Source of the DNA: Podarcis melisellensis
Lineage: Eukaryota
Direction: 5' to 3' (one strand)
Length of the DNA: 64,000 nt
Assembly (NCBI GenBank): GCA_964234715.1
Contig: OZ174289.1
Shown here one piece after another: positions 12,866-25,282 of this stretch. The position numbers were made by a program, and so were the translations under genes. The notes below the pieces were generated by a model. That model saw only the letters and a list, made by a program, of their open reading frames with translations. It ran no database searches and was not told the DNA's origin. The stretch's first letter is position 1, and each line of letters begins with the position of its first letter.

Positions 12866-13224
12866 AAGGTAAAGGGACCCCTGACCATTAGGTCCAGTCG
12901 TGACCGACTCTGGGGTTGTGGTGCTCATCTCACTTTATTGGCCGAGGGAGCCAGCATACAGCTTCCAGGTCATGTGGCCAGCATGACTAAGCCACTTCTG
13001 GCGAACCAGAGAAGCGGCGTTTACCTTCCCGCAGGAGTGGTACCTATTTATCTACTTGTACTTCAACGTGCTTTCAAACTGCTAGGTTGGCAGGAGCAGG
13101 GACCGAGCAACGGGAGCTCACCCCATCGCGGGGATTCGAAGTGCCAACCTTCTGATCAGCAATTCCTAGGCTCTGTGGTTTAACCCACAGCGCCACCCGC
13201 GACCCATAAGCCACCCACGTCCCA
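12866..13224 (-). mobile_element. Sauria SINE with duplicated 5' tip
   Basis: AAGGTAAAGG tail, conserved core and tRNA-like head. 13-bp TSD tcagtggaattta at 12853-12865 and 13225-13237. Confidence 0.88.
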
Positions 13225-13879
13225 TCAGTGGAATTTAGTCCCAGGTAAATGGGGTTAAGATTACAGCCTAACCTGAGAGCATAAGCCATTGAATCTTCTG
13301 TGTTGGATCAAGGTTCTTTTTCTGAGGGGTGGGGATATGCAGCTCCTTGCCAAGGGCACAAGGGACCCTAGGTAGGCCACTGGCCAGGGCTAGTCAATGT
13401 GGAGCCCTCCAGATGTTGTTGGGATGCAGATTCCCATCAGCCCCAGCAAGCATAGACCAAAGTCAGGGATGATGGGAGCTGAAGTCCAAGAAGCATCATT
13501 TTCTGCTGGACTCGCCCAAGGTCAAGTTAGCTTCATGAGTGAGGATTTTAGCCAGGATCTTCAGTCCTATCCCGACATTCTCAGCAATACAGCCCTCACC
13601 GACATTGGAGCGCGTTGTTTAGGGAGCATGTGTTCGTTTCATCACTGTAAACATGAGAGGCCTCCGTAAGTGTCATTTATTATAGTTGTTTTTACATTCC
13701 TTTGAGCAGCAGAACGTGGGTCACCAAGCACCCCCGTCTCAGATGTTAGCAAGCGCTAAGGAAATGAGCACATTTCCATGCGCAGCAGGGGATGAACAGT
13801 TAGGAGCTGAGAGAGCCGGTAAGCAAGCGGGGGCCACCCAGGCTTATTGGTTTCCCTCGTCCTGCCTTCTAGTTGGCTA

Positions 13880-14276
13880 AGCGCAACACAAGGCGCCGGT
13901 GGGGTGCTGCTAAGGTTCCGCCTTTGGGGCTGTGCCCTGGAAGCCGGCTGGGTGTCGGCAGCCAATGGAAACGCGGAGCGATGGGCGGCTCCTGGCCGGT
14001 GACTCGAGGGTGCTCCCGCAGCTGCGACTCATTGCTTAAATGCGGCTGGCTGGACCGTCAGCTTGGAGTCTTGTAGGCAGGGAGCTGTGTTTCGCCCCGG
14101 TCGCCATGCCGGCCGTACTGAGCCAACCCTGAGCTTTTCCGTCGAGTCCTGCCTTCGTTGGGTTTGCTTATTTGTTCCTTTTGCGCGGCGCGTTCCTCCC
14201 GCTCTCGCGCTACGGAAAAGCCGAGCCTTATCCTCGCCTAGCCTGCTAGCCAGCGCCGACGGCGTGTCCTTCCAGA
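13880..14276 (+). promoter_or_regulatory. CpG-rich promoter / 5'UTR of RAB33A
   Basis: Sharp rise in CpG density immediately upstream of the RAB33A ATG, with CCAAT at about 13962-13966. Confidence 0.65.
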
Positions 14277-14471
14277 ATGGAGCTGGAAGCCTCGATGGAG
14301 CAGTCCGTTCAGACGCGCATCTTCAAGATCATCGTCATTGGCGACTCCAACGTGGGCAAGACCTGCCTGACTGTGCGCTTCTGCGGGGGAGCCTTCCCGG
14401 CAAACACCGAAGCCACCATCGGCGTGGACTTCAGGGAGAAGGCGGTGGAGATCGAGGGAGAGCACATCAAG
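14277..14471 (+). CDS. RAB33A: Rab33A GTPase, coding exon 1
   Basis: [29 protein letters not shown] (P-loop) ... TIGVDFREK ... HIK. Donor AAG|gtacag at 14471/14472. 65 codons. Confidence 0.93.
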
Positions 14472-16139
14472 GTACAGCAGGAAGAAAAGCAGGGAGGGAA
14501 GAGGGAGAGAGCGGGGGAGCCGGGCCTGGTGCACACAGCCTTTTCTGGGAGCCGGGTTCTCCTTCCAGGTGGCCTCGTCTGTTGTTATCGGGGTGTTTTT
14601 TTAAGCAACCATAATTGAGGATGCTGCTTCTGAAAGCTCCGCTCGTCTTCTATTGCTGCCATGTCTGAAAGGATGTAGGGCGCCCCACGGAGGTGAGGAG
14701 AGCTGGGGAGCAAAAAATCGATGGACTCCCAGAGAAGCAGGCTATAGAACCCTGTTTGGTCTTGGGAGAGTAACGGGAAACCAGTATAAGACAGGCTTGG
14801 GGAGGAGGAGCAACAGTAGGCAATCTACCCTGAACTGCAAGCTTCTTAAGGCACAGCGTGTAAGGTGTATATATTTTGTCTAATCCAAATCCTGGTGCTG
14901 TTCTCCTCACCACCATTTTAATATGCTCACAAAAACCCTATTGGGTGGGAAATGATGAAGGAGGGAGAGACAGCAAAACGAGGACTGGCCCAGTAAACTT
15001 AATGGCTAAGTAAGGATTTGAAGGGCCGTAAATCTGTGGTAGAGCTCCTGCTTTGCATGCAGAAGGTCCCAGGTTCAATCCTTGATAAAGCTGGAAGAAA
15101 GAACCCTGCCTGCAACCCTGGATAGGCTCTGCTATTCAGTATAGACAGACCAATGGCTGAGTGTGTTGCATGTATATTCTCCCTAACTACTTACATCATT
15201 CTGGCTCCAGGTTCTTCTGAAGGTTGGGGTATTAATTTCACAGTGGCTAATTTCTAAAATTACAAGTGTTTTAGGGCTCCACAGTGTCTGGAAGTCAAGT
15301 GTGGTGGAAGCATTCCCTGTCCCTCACCCCCAACTTGGCAACTCCCGATTGCTAAAGCTTGTTGTGATGCCCTATAGTGGCAAGAGAAAAAGAGGGCCAG
15401 GCCATAGTGCTCACTGCATTTACATCACTTCATTACTCAACTACTTGATGACTTGCATCTGTGAACTGACACCCTCCTCCCCTGTTATGCCTGATATGAA
15501 AGTTCTGGCTTCAGTGCTGGAATCTGTGATGGCCTTTTCCTACAGGCAGTTCACTACCATGTCCATAATCAATTGGCATGCATGAATGAACCAGCCTCCA
15601 TAACTGTACTGTGCTCAGATGCTCTGTTCTTTATGGCTACTTCACATGTTTCACTAAGCAAACACCTCCTTCCCAGTAGAATGGACAAGGTGTGGGGGAG
15701 ATACACTGGTAGAAGGGGGAGGTATGAGCAGGGCCAAGATTTCAGTGCATTCTCACAGTCACATCACAGCCCAGAAACTGTACTCAGCCCCTGGTGCTTC
15801 TGTTATGCAGACTTCTGTTGAGGTCTCTGTGTGATTGCACAAGGACTACCTATACTGTGGGATTCTGATGCTGTTATTAACTCTGGATGTTTTAGTTTTG
15901 GATCACTTTTGCACACCAGGAATTAAGGACTGGATATATGTGTCCTGGTTCAGTCATCTCTGCTACATCCTTGTAATGTTAGGCCAATCGAGAGCACACA
16001 TATTGACATTGGGGATGGGAGAAGAAAGATATAAAATCCAGAATATTTAGATATCATAAAATCGGCATCTGCAGAAGTGTTCAGATTGCTCAGTTACTGT
16101 AAATTCCAGGGCAAAGTATACATTACATACTAATGCCAT

Positions 16140-16292
16140 ACTCAGTTTAGGAAGGATATTGACAAGCTGGAATGTATGCAGAGGGTAACCAAGAGGATCA
16201 AGGGTTTGGAAACCAAGCCTTATGAGGAATGGTTGTAGGAGTTTGGTATGTTTAGGGTTCCTTCCAACTCTACAATTATATGCTTCTATGAG
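16140..16292 (+). mobile_element. CR1 LINE 3' remnant
   Basis: gatattgacaagctggaa..accaag..atcaagggtttggaaaccaagccttatgagga resembles the CR1 ORF2 end, followed by a CR1-type tail ccttccaactctacaatt..ctatga. Confidence 0.6.
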
Positions 16293-16350
16293 TCATAGAC
16301 CTTTAAAGAGCAAAAATTCATATAGGAGATTGCCTATACTAACCTTTCTC

Positions 16351-18454
16351 CCCCCCCCCCTCTTTTTCCAGTATTTTTTTATTATTTTCCTTATTCATAC
16401 TTTAACAATACAATACAGTAAATCATATAATTACTTTAGCTCTGCCAAGCTCACAACTTCCCATCCACTGAAGGGATACTTAAGCGAGTATCCCTTATTT
16501 TCTTATATTGCATATTCTATTTATTTAATCTTATATCTGCTATACATTGTAAGAGCTATTTCAATCCTGCCAGTGTTTTTAAAGTTTTACAATTGCCTTT
16601 TGTATACACCATAAATTTACTCCAACTTTCTTGAAACCTCTGGTCATCCTGGTCCCAAATTCTTCCCATCAGTTTGGCTAACTCTGCATAACTCATCATT
16701 TTCGTCTGCCACTCCGCAATGGTAGGGACTTCTTGCACTTTCCAGTTTGGGGCAAGCATATTTCTTGCTGCAGCTGTGGCATACATAAAGAATCTTTGGT
16801 CTACTTTATTAATTTATTTCACCATCAAACCCAACAAAAAGGCTTCTGGTTTTTTGGGGAAAGTGTACTTAAATATTTTCTTAAGTTCATTATAAATTAG
16901 CTCCCAAAAGTTCTTAACTTTATCACAAGTCCACCACATATGATAGAAATCTCCATCCACCTCTTTGCACTTCCAACATTTTTTATCCTTCATCCTGTAC
17001 ATTTTTGCCAGCTTTACCGCTGTTAAATGCCACCTATAGATCATTTTCATTAGGTTTTCTTTTAAAGCCGTACATGCCGTAAATTTCATATTTACCTTCC
17101 ACAACTCATACCATGCATCCAATTCAATATTATGCCCAAAATCTATAGCCCGTTTTATCATTGCTTCTTTCATTTCCTCATCTTTTGTAAACCATTCTAA
17201 TAACAAATCATACATTTTGGATAATGTTTTACCTCTGCCTTCTATTAAGTCTATTTGAAATCTTGATTTTTTTTGTCTTCAAACCCAGCTTTCTTTGTGT
17301 CATCCTTCAGTATATCATTAAGCTGATGGTATTGCAGCCAACCTGTAAGCATACCTTCTCTTTGATCATATGGCTTAAGTTTTATCCCTTGTTCCATTTT
17401 TCTAGTAATTTTTCTAGTACCGGTAATTTCTTCTTTCCCTCCATGTTAACTTTCTTGATGGTCAACACTTCTATTGGCGATATCCATCATGGGGTTTTCC
17501 TTTCCAATAATTTTTTTATTTCTTTCCCACACCTCATAGATTGACCTTCTTATCATATGGTTTAAAAAACCTTTATGGACCTTTATTTTATCATAACACA
17601 GGTATGAGTGCCACCCGTACCTGTTATCATGCCCTTCTAAATCCAAAAGGTCTGTGTTTTCCAGTGTTATCCATTCTTTTAGCCATACAAGACAGGACAC
17701 TTCATAATAGAGATTCATGTCTGGTAGGGCAAATCTGCCTCTTTCTTTTTTATCTATCAAAATTTTCATTTTAATCCTCGGCTTCTTTCCCTGCCAGACA
17801 AATCTCGACAGTATTTTTTGCCACTCTCTACATTGTCCTGTCCCCTTAATCACTGGAATTGTTTGGAACAAGAATAACATTCTAGGTAAAACATTCATCT
17901 TAATCACCAATATTCTGCCCAGGAAAGAGAGTTTCAGCCTATCCCAAATTTCTAGATCTTTCTTAAACTCTCTCCATGTAGTTTCATAATCATCTTTATA
18001 CAAATTTATATTTTTTGTTGTCAACCATATTCTGAGGTATTTCACTTTCTTAGTCACCATGATTCCTGTCTCCTGTTGCAATTCCTCTGTCTCTTCTTTG
18101 TTCATGTTTTTAACTAACATTATTGGTCTTTTCTCAAAGGTATGGAAGCCATATATCTAGAACAAAAGCCAAACTTATTATAAATAATAATTTGTCGGAC
18201 ACTTTTGAAATTTCCAAGGGGAGCAGACAGGGGTCTCCCCTGTCACCTTTGGTGTTTATTACAGCTTTGGAAGTTCTAAATAAGAATTTGAGAGAAACAT
18301 CAGAAATTAGAGGGGTTAGGGTGGGAGTAAAAGAGTTTAAAATAAAAGTGTTTGCTGTCGATCTAGTTATAACATTAGAAGATCCAAAGAAAAGTGTACA
18401 AGAAGCCCTGCAGAAAATAGAGGAATTTGGCAAAGTGGTGGGGTTTAAACTTAA
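16351..18454 (-). mobile_element. L1-clade LINE, 5'-truncated with an inverted 5' segment
   Basis: ORF2 C-terminal half on the minus strand (about 16556-18135) and RT motifs KGSRQGSPLSP..FAVDL..GFKLN on the plus strand (about 18135-18454). 16-bp TSD tatactaacctttctc at 16335-16350 and 18455-18470. Confidence 0.9.
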
Positions 18455-18930
18455 TATACTAACCTTTCTCAACTTGATGCTCTCTAGGGGGGTTGGATTA
18501 CAATTAACATCATCCCTTACCACTGGTCATGCTGGCTGGGACTGATGAGAGTTATAGTCCAAAAATCTGGAGGGCACCAGGCTGGGAAAGGCTGGTCTAC
18601 ATGGACAACCAATAGGGCTTTGACATGGATCTTCCCCAACCCTACCTGAAGATGCCAGGGCTTGGACTTGGACCTTTTGCATGGAAAACATATACTCCAT
18701 AACTAAGCTACAGCCCCTTCCGAAAGAGCAGGTGCTCGTGCGATTCAACCCCACCTCAAACTCTACAGAGCAATTTCATAAGCATTCAGCCATAGCATCT
18801 GACCTGTCCACCACTCTCATCCACCTTTCTCCTTTTTCTATCCACAGTTCCCAAGCGCAGTTCAGAACAGTAGGGAATTTTGTTCAGGAGAGGGAGTTAG
18901 TGTAGTTGCAGTTATCTTTACCTAAGGTTA

Positions 18931-19280
18931 GGGATGCGGGTGGCGCTGTGGGTTAAACCACAGAGCCTAGGACTTGCCGATCAGAAGGTTGGCAGTTCGA
19001 ATCCCCGCAACGGGGTGAGCTCCCGTTGTTCAGTCGCTGCTCCTGCCAACCTAGCAGTTCGAAAACACGAAGTGCAAGTAGATATATAGGTACCAATCCG
19101 GCGGGAAGGTAAATGGTGTTTCTGTGCCTTGCTCTGGTTCGCCAGAAGTGGCTTAGTCATGCTGGTCACATGACCCGGAAGCTGTACGCCGGCTCCCTTG
19201 GCCAGTAAAGCAAGATGAACAGCAACTCCAGAGTCGTCCGCGACTGGATCTAATGGTCAGGGGTCCCTTTACCTTTACTT
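18931..19280 (+). mobile_element. Sauria SINE
   Basis: Head GGGATGCGGGTGGCGCTGTGGG and ACCTTT tail, with TSD cctaaggtta on both sides. Confidence 0.9.
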
Positions 19281-20263
19281 TTCCTAAGGTTAACAAGCTG
19301 CTGCAGTCAACATTATTCCCTGTCCTGCTCAACTGTCAAAGGTAAAAGAGTTCTGCCTTCCCTTGCATCTGATAGCTCATTCTCTTTGTTTCTCCTTTTT
19401 AAAGAAAACTGCAGATACCCCAGTGGTCAGGATGCCATGCAGTTGTGGGTTCTGACCTGGAGTGCCCAAATAGATGTAATGTTTAAAAACGTCTTTCTTT
19501 CTTTTTATGCTTTAAAAAAAAGGGAGGTTGACAGTGGAGAGCTGGCAGGAAACATTTTGCTTGACCCTTTCCTCACTGCAATTTCTTAACTGCAAACCTC
19601 TCCCCCCCACAGCAGCTTTTTCCTGCCACGCAGGGTTGTAAACGCACATGTTACCCTCTCTATGGCAAGCTTGCATCCTCTCCCAACCACATGAACATGT
19701 TCTCTAAAAATAACCCCATATAATGTGTGGGTACATGCAGTCAAAATGACCGTTGCTCTCATTCCCCATAGCTAAGGGATGGTTTGGCGTAATGTTAAGT
19801 CTGAACTCTGAGGCTTGGGGTTTGTCTCACTCCAAACAAACCATGAACTGTAGCCAAGGTTTGCTTTTGGATTACTGTTCATGCCTTATCTGCAGGAGGC
19901 AAACCATAATGCTAAGCCAGAGCATGCCTTAGTTCCAGGTGCTAGCATAGGAGCAGGATGACCCTGGGATGAAGTGAAGCAGCCACTATTCTTTTTTACT
20001 GTGAGAATCCACACACTAGTGCATTCATGCTTAGCTGTGGTTTTGGCTTAGTGCTGCGGGCAAACTGCACCAGGCTGTGGAAAAAGTCACTTCAAATATA
20101 AAGCCATCACAGCAGACCAAGATCTGCATGCAAACCTTTCTCATGGAAGAGCCTGCCTGCCCCAGGTTACAGAGAAGATGCAGTGTGTGGGGTTTTTTAA
20201 TTAAAAAAACAACAGAAAGCAAGGAAGCATTCAAGAGTGGAACCAGCCCACATGGTCTTAAGC

Positions 20264-20389
20264 CAGGCATGTGCAAAGTCCGTTTCAGGGGCCTAATCCA
20301 GCCCGCCGGTCGATTTAATTTGGTTGGCCCTCATGCATGTTCACTTCATCAAATCTGGCCCTCTTTGAAAAAAAGTATGGGCACCCCTG
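20264..20389. mobile_element. hAT-type MITE
   Basis: CAGG...CCTG ends with 8-bp TSD tcttaagc at 20256-20263 and 20390-20397. Confidence 0.65.
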
Positions 20390-21034
20390 TCTTAAGCAGT
20401 GCAGTGTATTCCTATTGCCTCATGAATGCAGACCCAGTTTCCTTGAAGCTCCTCTGCCTCCAGGCCCTCAGAAAACCTTCTGAGGACAAAGATTGGCCAT
20501 TTGGCCTTGTTTTGCTTCAAGACCAGATTACAAAGGCTAACATGTGGAAGAGATTGCTGGTTGTGGGAAAAGATTAGGTGAAGGGAGGTCAATTCATGTT
20601 TACTCAACTAAGAAAGGTGTGGGCTAGGAAGTAGGCCCATGTCTTCTTGTTAATCTCTCCTTGTCTCAGCTGGGGAGAAGGCTGACCCTACCTATGAAAT
20701 GGGTCATATTAGGGAATAATAACTCTATAATTGTAGAAAAAACTTTAATTGACTTTGATTTTATTGAATTCATAATCTTTTAGGCTTCTATATTTGATTT
20801 TTATTTAATATACCCCTTCAGCATTTTTTTCTTGTGAAGCAGTTTATAAATCCGCATATATTTTAAACTAGATCACAACCAGTACACACTTTTACCACTT
20901 TAAAAGTTAGAGCTTCTCCCAAAAAATCCTGAGAACAGTAGTTTACCCCTACAGAGCACTGCAGGCAAACTACAGTTCCCAGCATTCATTAGGGGAAAAC
21001 CATGTGCTTTAAATGGTGTGGATATGACCTTAGA

Positions 21035-21215
21035 TAATGTGGTGGCCTAAGTGTGTCAGACTAGGGTCCAGCTTCAAATCGTGAATCGGCCACAAAGCTC
21101 AGAAGATGAATTGGGAGAAATCTCAGCCATACCAGGGGGTTATATAAAATAAAAGAGGGAGGAAAAACCATGTGGGACACTCTGGGCTTCCTGAAGAAAA
21201 AGCTGGATATAAATG
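21035..21215 (+). mobile_element. Decayed MIR/Ther1-related squamate SINE; similar copies near 14880-15025, 48160-48340 and 61270-61420
   Basis: Degenerate tRNA-like head, core and ggatataaat tail shared between copies. Family assignment by recognition only. Confidence 0.4.
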
Positions 21216-21814
21216 GAGGCTGAACATTTTCTGTCAGCTGTTAAAAGATTCTAGCATTTCCTTCAGAGCTCATTTGCCCTGGTTCCTGTCTTGGGTGCGT
21301 ACATGCGCGCTCGCGCGCGCACACACACACACAGTGGCTGGGTCTGTGAGCTTCCTTGTTAGCTTTCCCACAGTGCCTCTGGCATTGCTTGGCTCCATAC
21401 CATTATACAAAATAAAAAGACAACAGTACAGCATGGGCATTGTGGGAATTTGTTTCAGTGGCAACTTGTAGCTGCCTGCTGCCTCAGATGGGTGAGTCCA
21501 GAGCCTGCCAAAAGCACTTTACTGAGGGCCTTCATATGAGCATAGATAACTGCCCTATATACCCAGTCAGACCATTGGTCCTTCCAGTTCAATATTATCA
21601 ACAAAGACTGGGAGCAACACTTGAGGATTTAGGCAGGAGACATTCCAAGCTCCACCTGTAATTGAACCAGGGATTGTCTACAGGCAAAGCAGGTGCTCAT
21701 ACCTTGATCTTTGGATCTTCCTCCATGTCGACCCTTAATGCTGGATCTGATCCTGCATGAATGTACTCTCTACCTGGTTTGTAGACTCTTCAGAAATTCT
21801 GCTCTGTTCCACAG

Positions 21815-22270
21815 GTGCAGGTCTGGGACACAGCAGGCCAGGAAAGGTTCCGGAAGAGCATGGTGGAGCACTACTACCGCAATGTGCATGCTGTTGTCTT
21901 CGTCTATGATGTCACCAAGATGGCTTCCTTCATCAATCTTAAGACCTGGATTGAGGAGTGCAATGGCCATGCAGTCCCTGCCCTTGTCCCTAAAGTGCTT
22001 GTGGGAAACAAGTGTGACTTGCGGGACCAGATCCAGGTGCCATCCAGCATGGCCCTGAAGTTTGCTGATGCACATAATATGCTTTTGTTTGAAACCTCAG
22101 CCAAGGACCCCAAAGAAAGTCAGAATGTGGAATCTATTTTCATGTGTCTGGCTTGCCGGCTGAAGGCCCAGAAGTCTCTACTTTATCGGGATATGGAGAA
22201 GCAGCAGGGGAAGGCACCGAGAATGACGCTTAATGCAGACGGGAGCAGCAAAAACCCTTGTCCCTGCTGA
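21815..22270 (+). CDS. RAB33A: Rab33A GTPase, coding exon 2 (terminal)
   Basis: Acceptor ttccacag|[54 protein letters not shown] is RAB33A-type, with a C-terminal CPC prenylation motif. TGA at 22268-22270. Confidence 0.96.
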   Translation: MQVWDTAGQERFRKSMVEHYYRNVHAVVFVYDVTKMASFINLKTWIEECNGHAVPALVPKVLVGNKCDLRDQIQVPSSMALKFADAHNMLLFETSAKDPKESQNVESIFMCLACRLKAQKSLLYRDMEKQQGKAPRMTLNADGSSKNPCPC

Positions 22271-22404
22271 ACTGTTGAGATTGCAATTCCTGACCATTTA
22301 ATGGGTATGTGTGTGACTGTGAGTGAGAAGGACAGATGGTTTAGTCCCTCGATGAACTGAAACAAGACCCACTTGTCTCAATCTAAGTTAAATGTTAAGT
22401 TAAT

Positions 22405-22410
22405 AATAAA
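22405..22410 (+). promoter_or_regulatory. Candidate RAB33A polyadenylation signal
   Basis: AATAAA 135 nt after the stop codon, followed by a GT/T-rich tract. Confidence 0.55.
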
Positions 22411-23165
22411 ATTTGTATGGCATTCAACTGGTTTGGTTGTAGCTTTGTTTCTGCTGGTTTGTGATCTGAACAAGTCCTTGTGATAAACACCTTCACTGAA
22501 GATGGGTGCTGGGTAACGTGACTGGTTTTATTGGTATGTTAACAGGAAAAACAACAACCCTGTTATTAACTCAGGAGAGAAGTATAGACTTAGCTGTTTC
22601 TGGTAGTATTTATGATTACACTGCCAAGCAAGGTGGTGTACTTTTGCAAAGGCTGCACAATATTCACTCATTTCCCATGCATAGGTTCAAAGGATGAAGA
22701 GACACTTTGGTAACAAAACTGAATGTTTATTTAGTTACACACTCTATGAGAGTGTAAAGCATGATGGTGATGCTAAGGGAGACCCTAAACTTGGTTCAAG
22801 ACACAAACTCTTTACAGAGAATTTAAAACAGCACTCTTTCCATCTTAAGATTCGGATAGACTTTTCCTACCTAGAATGGCTATTAATGTTCCTAATCAGC
22901 AACACCAACCCATTCCCTTCTGGAATTTAAGATCTCTTCAGGGAATCAAAACTGGGTTGCCCTGCCTAGCTAACCCACTCAGATAGCCCAAACCCCAACT
23001 GCCCACACTGACAGTTTCTCCCTATCTCCACTGTCCCTGTCTAATATGCAAACCAGAGCATTCCATACTGTGTCACAACACATTAGTGTGTTGGCTGCAG
23101 TGTGTAGGTGTGTCATGCAAATGCTCGGAAAGGACTTAGTTTAACCTCTGGTTTGCTATTAAAAA

Positions 23166-23520
23166 GGGACACGGGTGGTGCTGTGGGTTAAACAACAGAG
23201 CCTAGGGCTTGCCAATCAGAAGGTCAGCGGTTCGAATCCCCGTGACGGGGTGAGCTGCCATTGCTGGGCCCCTGCTCCTGCCAACCTAGCAGTTCGAAAG
23301 CACATCAAAGTGCAAGTAGCTAAATAGGTACCACTCCGGCGGGAAGGTAAACGGCATTTTTGTGGACTGCTCTGGTTCACCAGAAGCGGCTTAGTCATAC
23401 TGGCCACATGACCCGGAAGCTGTATGCTGGCTCCCTCAGCCAATAAAGCGAGATGAGATCTGCAACCCCAGAGTTGTCTGCTGCTGGACCTAACGGCCAG
23501 GGGTCCCTTTACCTTTACCT
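23166..23520 (+). mobile_element. Sauria SINE
   Basis: Head, core and (ACCTTT)n tail. TSD ttgcta[t/c]taaaa. Confidence 0.9.
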
Positions 23521-24537
23521 TGCTACTAAAACTGAACTACTGTCTTGCAAAACGATGCATGTCTAAAAAGTGTGCCACCACCAACATAAAAAGTTTGGAA
23601 AGCTCTGCCACATATAATCCAGGTCTACATTCTTGAGTACCTACCTGAGAGTTAAAACAGTAAGCCTACACTTAAAACTTCCCCTCTCTTTCTCCTGACT
23701 GGCTGTTGGTTTCACCAGCTGTCACTGGTTTCTGAGTCACCAGGAGGCAGGCCCAGGGCTTGACTGTCACAGCCTTGTCTATGAATGGTGGCAGTAAATG
23801 TTCTGGTCTCCTCTCTTCCTGACTGGATTAACCAGGATGCTCAGTACTGAATAGAGCAGTGCTCACTGACTTGAGTTGGAGCTGATCTCTGAGCTGACCC
23901 ATCACCCATCAAATATTGGCTGAAAGGTTGAATCCTAGTGCTCATTGTTATGTCACTTCCAATATTGTCAGTTTGCTTTAAAAGGCCTGGTTCCTAAACT
24001 ATAACCAGGGGATGGAGGAGCTGCTATGACACAATGATGCCCAAACCCAGCTACATTAAATGTCATAGTTTCTCCATTGATATGCTTGAGCAGCCATCTC
24101 TTCTATCCTTGGGGACATTTAAAAATAGCCACTTCAGTCTACCTAGTTGTCTGTTATTTTCTCCACTTACACAGCTAGTTAGCTATTAGGGGGCTGGTAT
24201 TTTATAGGGCAGGGCGGAAGGAAAGAATAAGAACATAGGACTTATGCCTTATGCTGAGTTGAATGAATTGGTCCATCAAGCTCTAGAGTTTTGGATAGGG
24301 TACACTACAAACCGTACCTGGTGACGCCAGGGGTTGAACCTGAGACTGTCTGTATGCTCTAGCACCGAGCATCTTCCTCAATGCAGCATGGGGAAATGTT
24401 TCCCCTTGCACATTTTTTTAACTATCTGCAAAACTCCTGGTTAGCCTAACTCCAGTGGTCTCTCTCTTTTGCAGAAGGATTGAGTTGTTTTGGCTCCAAC
24501 TCTGTAAGCATTAAAGGACTTGAATTGGCATTAGCAT

Positions 24538-24690
24538 ATCATAAAATCATAGGATTGTAGAGTTGAAAAGGACCACAAGGATCATCTAATTTAACCCCCT
24601 GCAATGCAGGAACCTTTACCCAACATGGGGCTCAAACCCACAACCCTCAGGTTAAAAGGTCTCATGCTCTACTTGACTGAGCTACCCCAG
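24538..24690 (-). mobile_element. tRNA(Lys)-headed SINE with CR1-type tail
   Basis: Reverse complement reads tagctcagtcaagtagagcatgagaccttttaacctgagggttgtgggtttgagccccatgttggg (tRNA-Lys-like), then ttcctgcattgcagggggtt..tagatgatcc..caactctacaatcctatgat. Confidence 0.7.
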
Positions 24691-25282
24691 CAAATCCATC
24701 CAAACCTGATACAGAATCTGCAAGAGAATGTTGCATTATGAACTGCTCCTGCTCAGGATACTCCATTCCACTCCCCCTCCTTCCTTATTTTCCACCCCAC
24801 TGCCTCCAGCTGTCAATTAGCATGATCATGCTCAGAGTCCTCAATGGTTTTTCCCCTTTAGGGGCTTTTTTCACAAAGATAAAATAACATGTTTTGTACT
24901 TTGTAAATCTTGGAGTTACCCTGATCCTGCTGATGCCTCCCTATCACACATGGGAAGTACTATTTTGGTTACATATGCAATGACACTCACCACCTGAACA
25001 TTAAAAATAGAGGGAATTGTGATACTTTCTACATGGAGATGGGGAATCCCATTTAAATTTCTCTGATCAGGCATAAAACTAGCCTAGGTCATCTCTGAGG
25101 AGTGTATTATTAATGTGGTTCTTCTCAGACCTGTCCGGCTTTCTGTGGGAGGAGAAACACCATCATGGGAAGGAACCACATAATTGATGGGGTCTTCATG
25201 GATCTTGTGAAACATTTACTGATGCATCAGCTTTTGTGGATTAGAGTAGAGATGGGGAGCAAGCTGCTCTCTATATGGGGAT

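Noticed and set aside
14063-14614. 183-aa ORF overlapping RAB33A exon 1
   Set aside because: Non-ATG start in an alternative frame of CpG-island sequence, with no recognisable domain.
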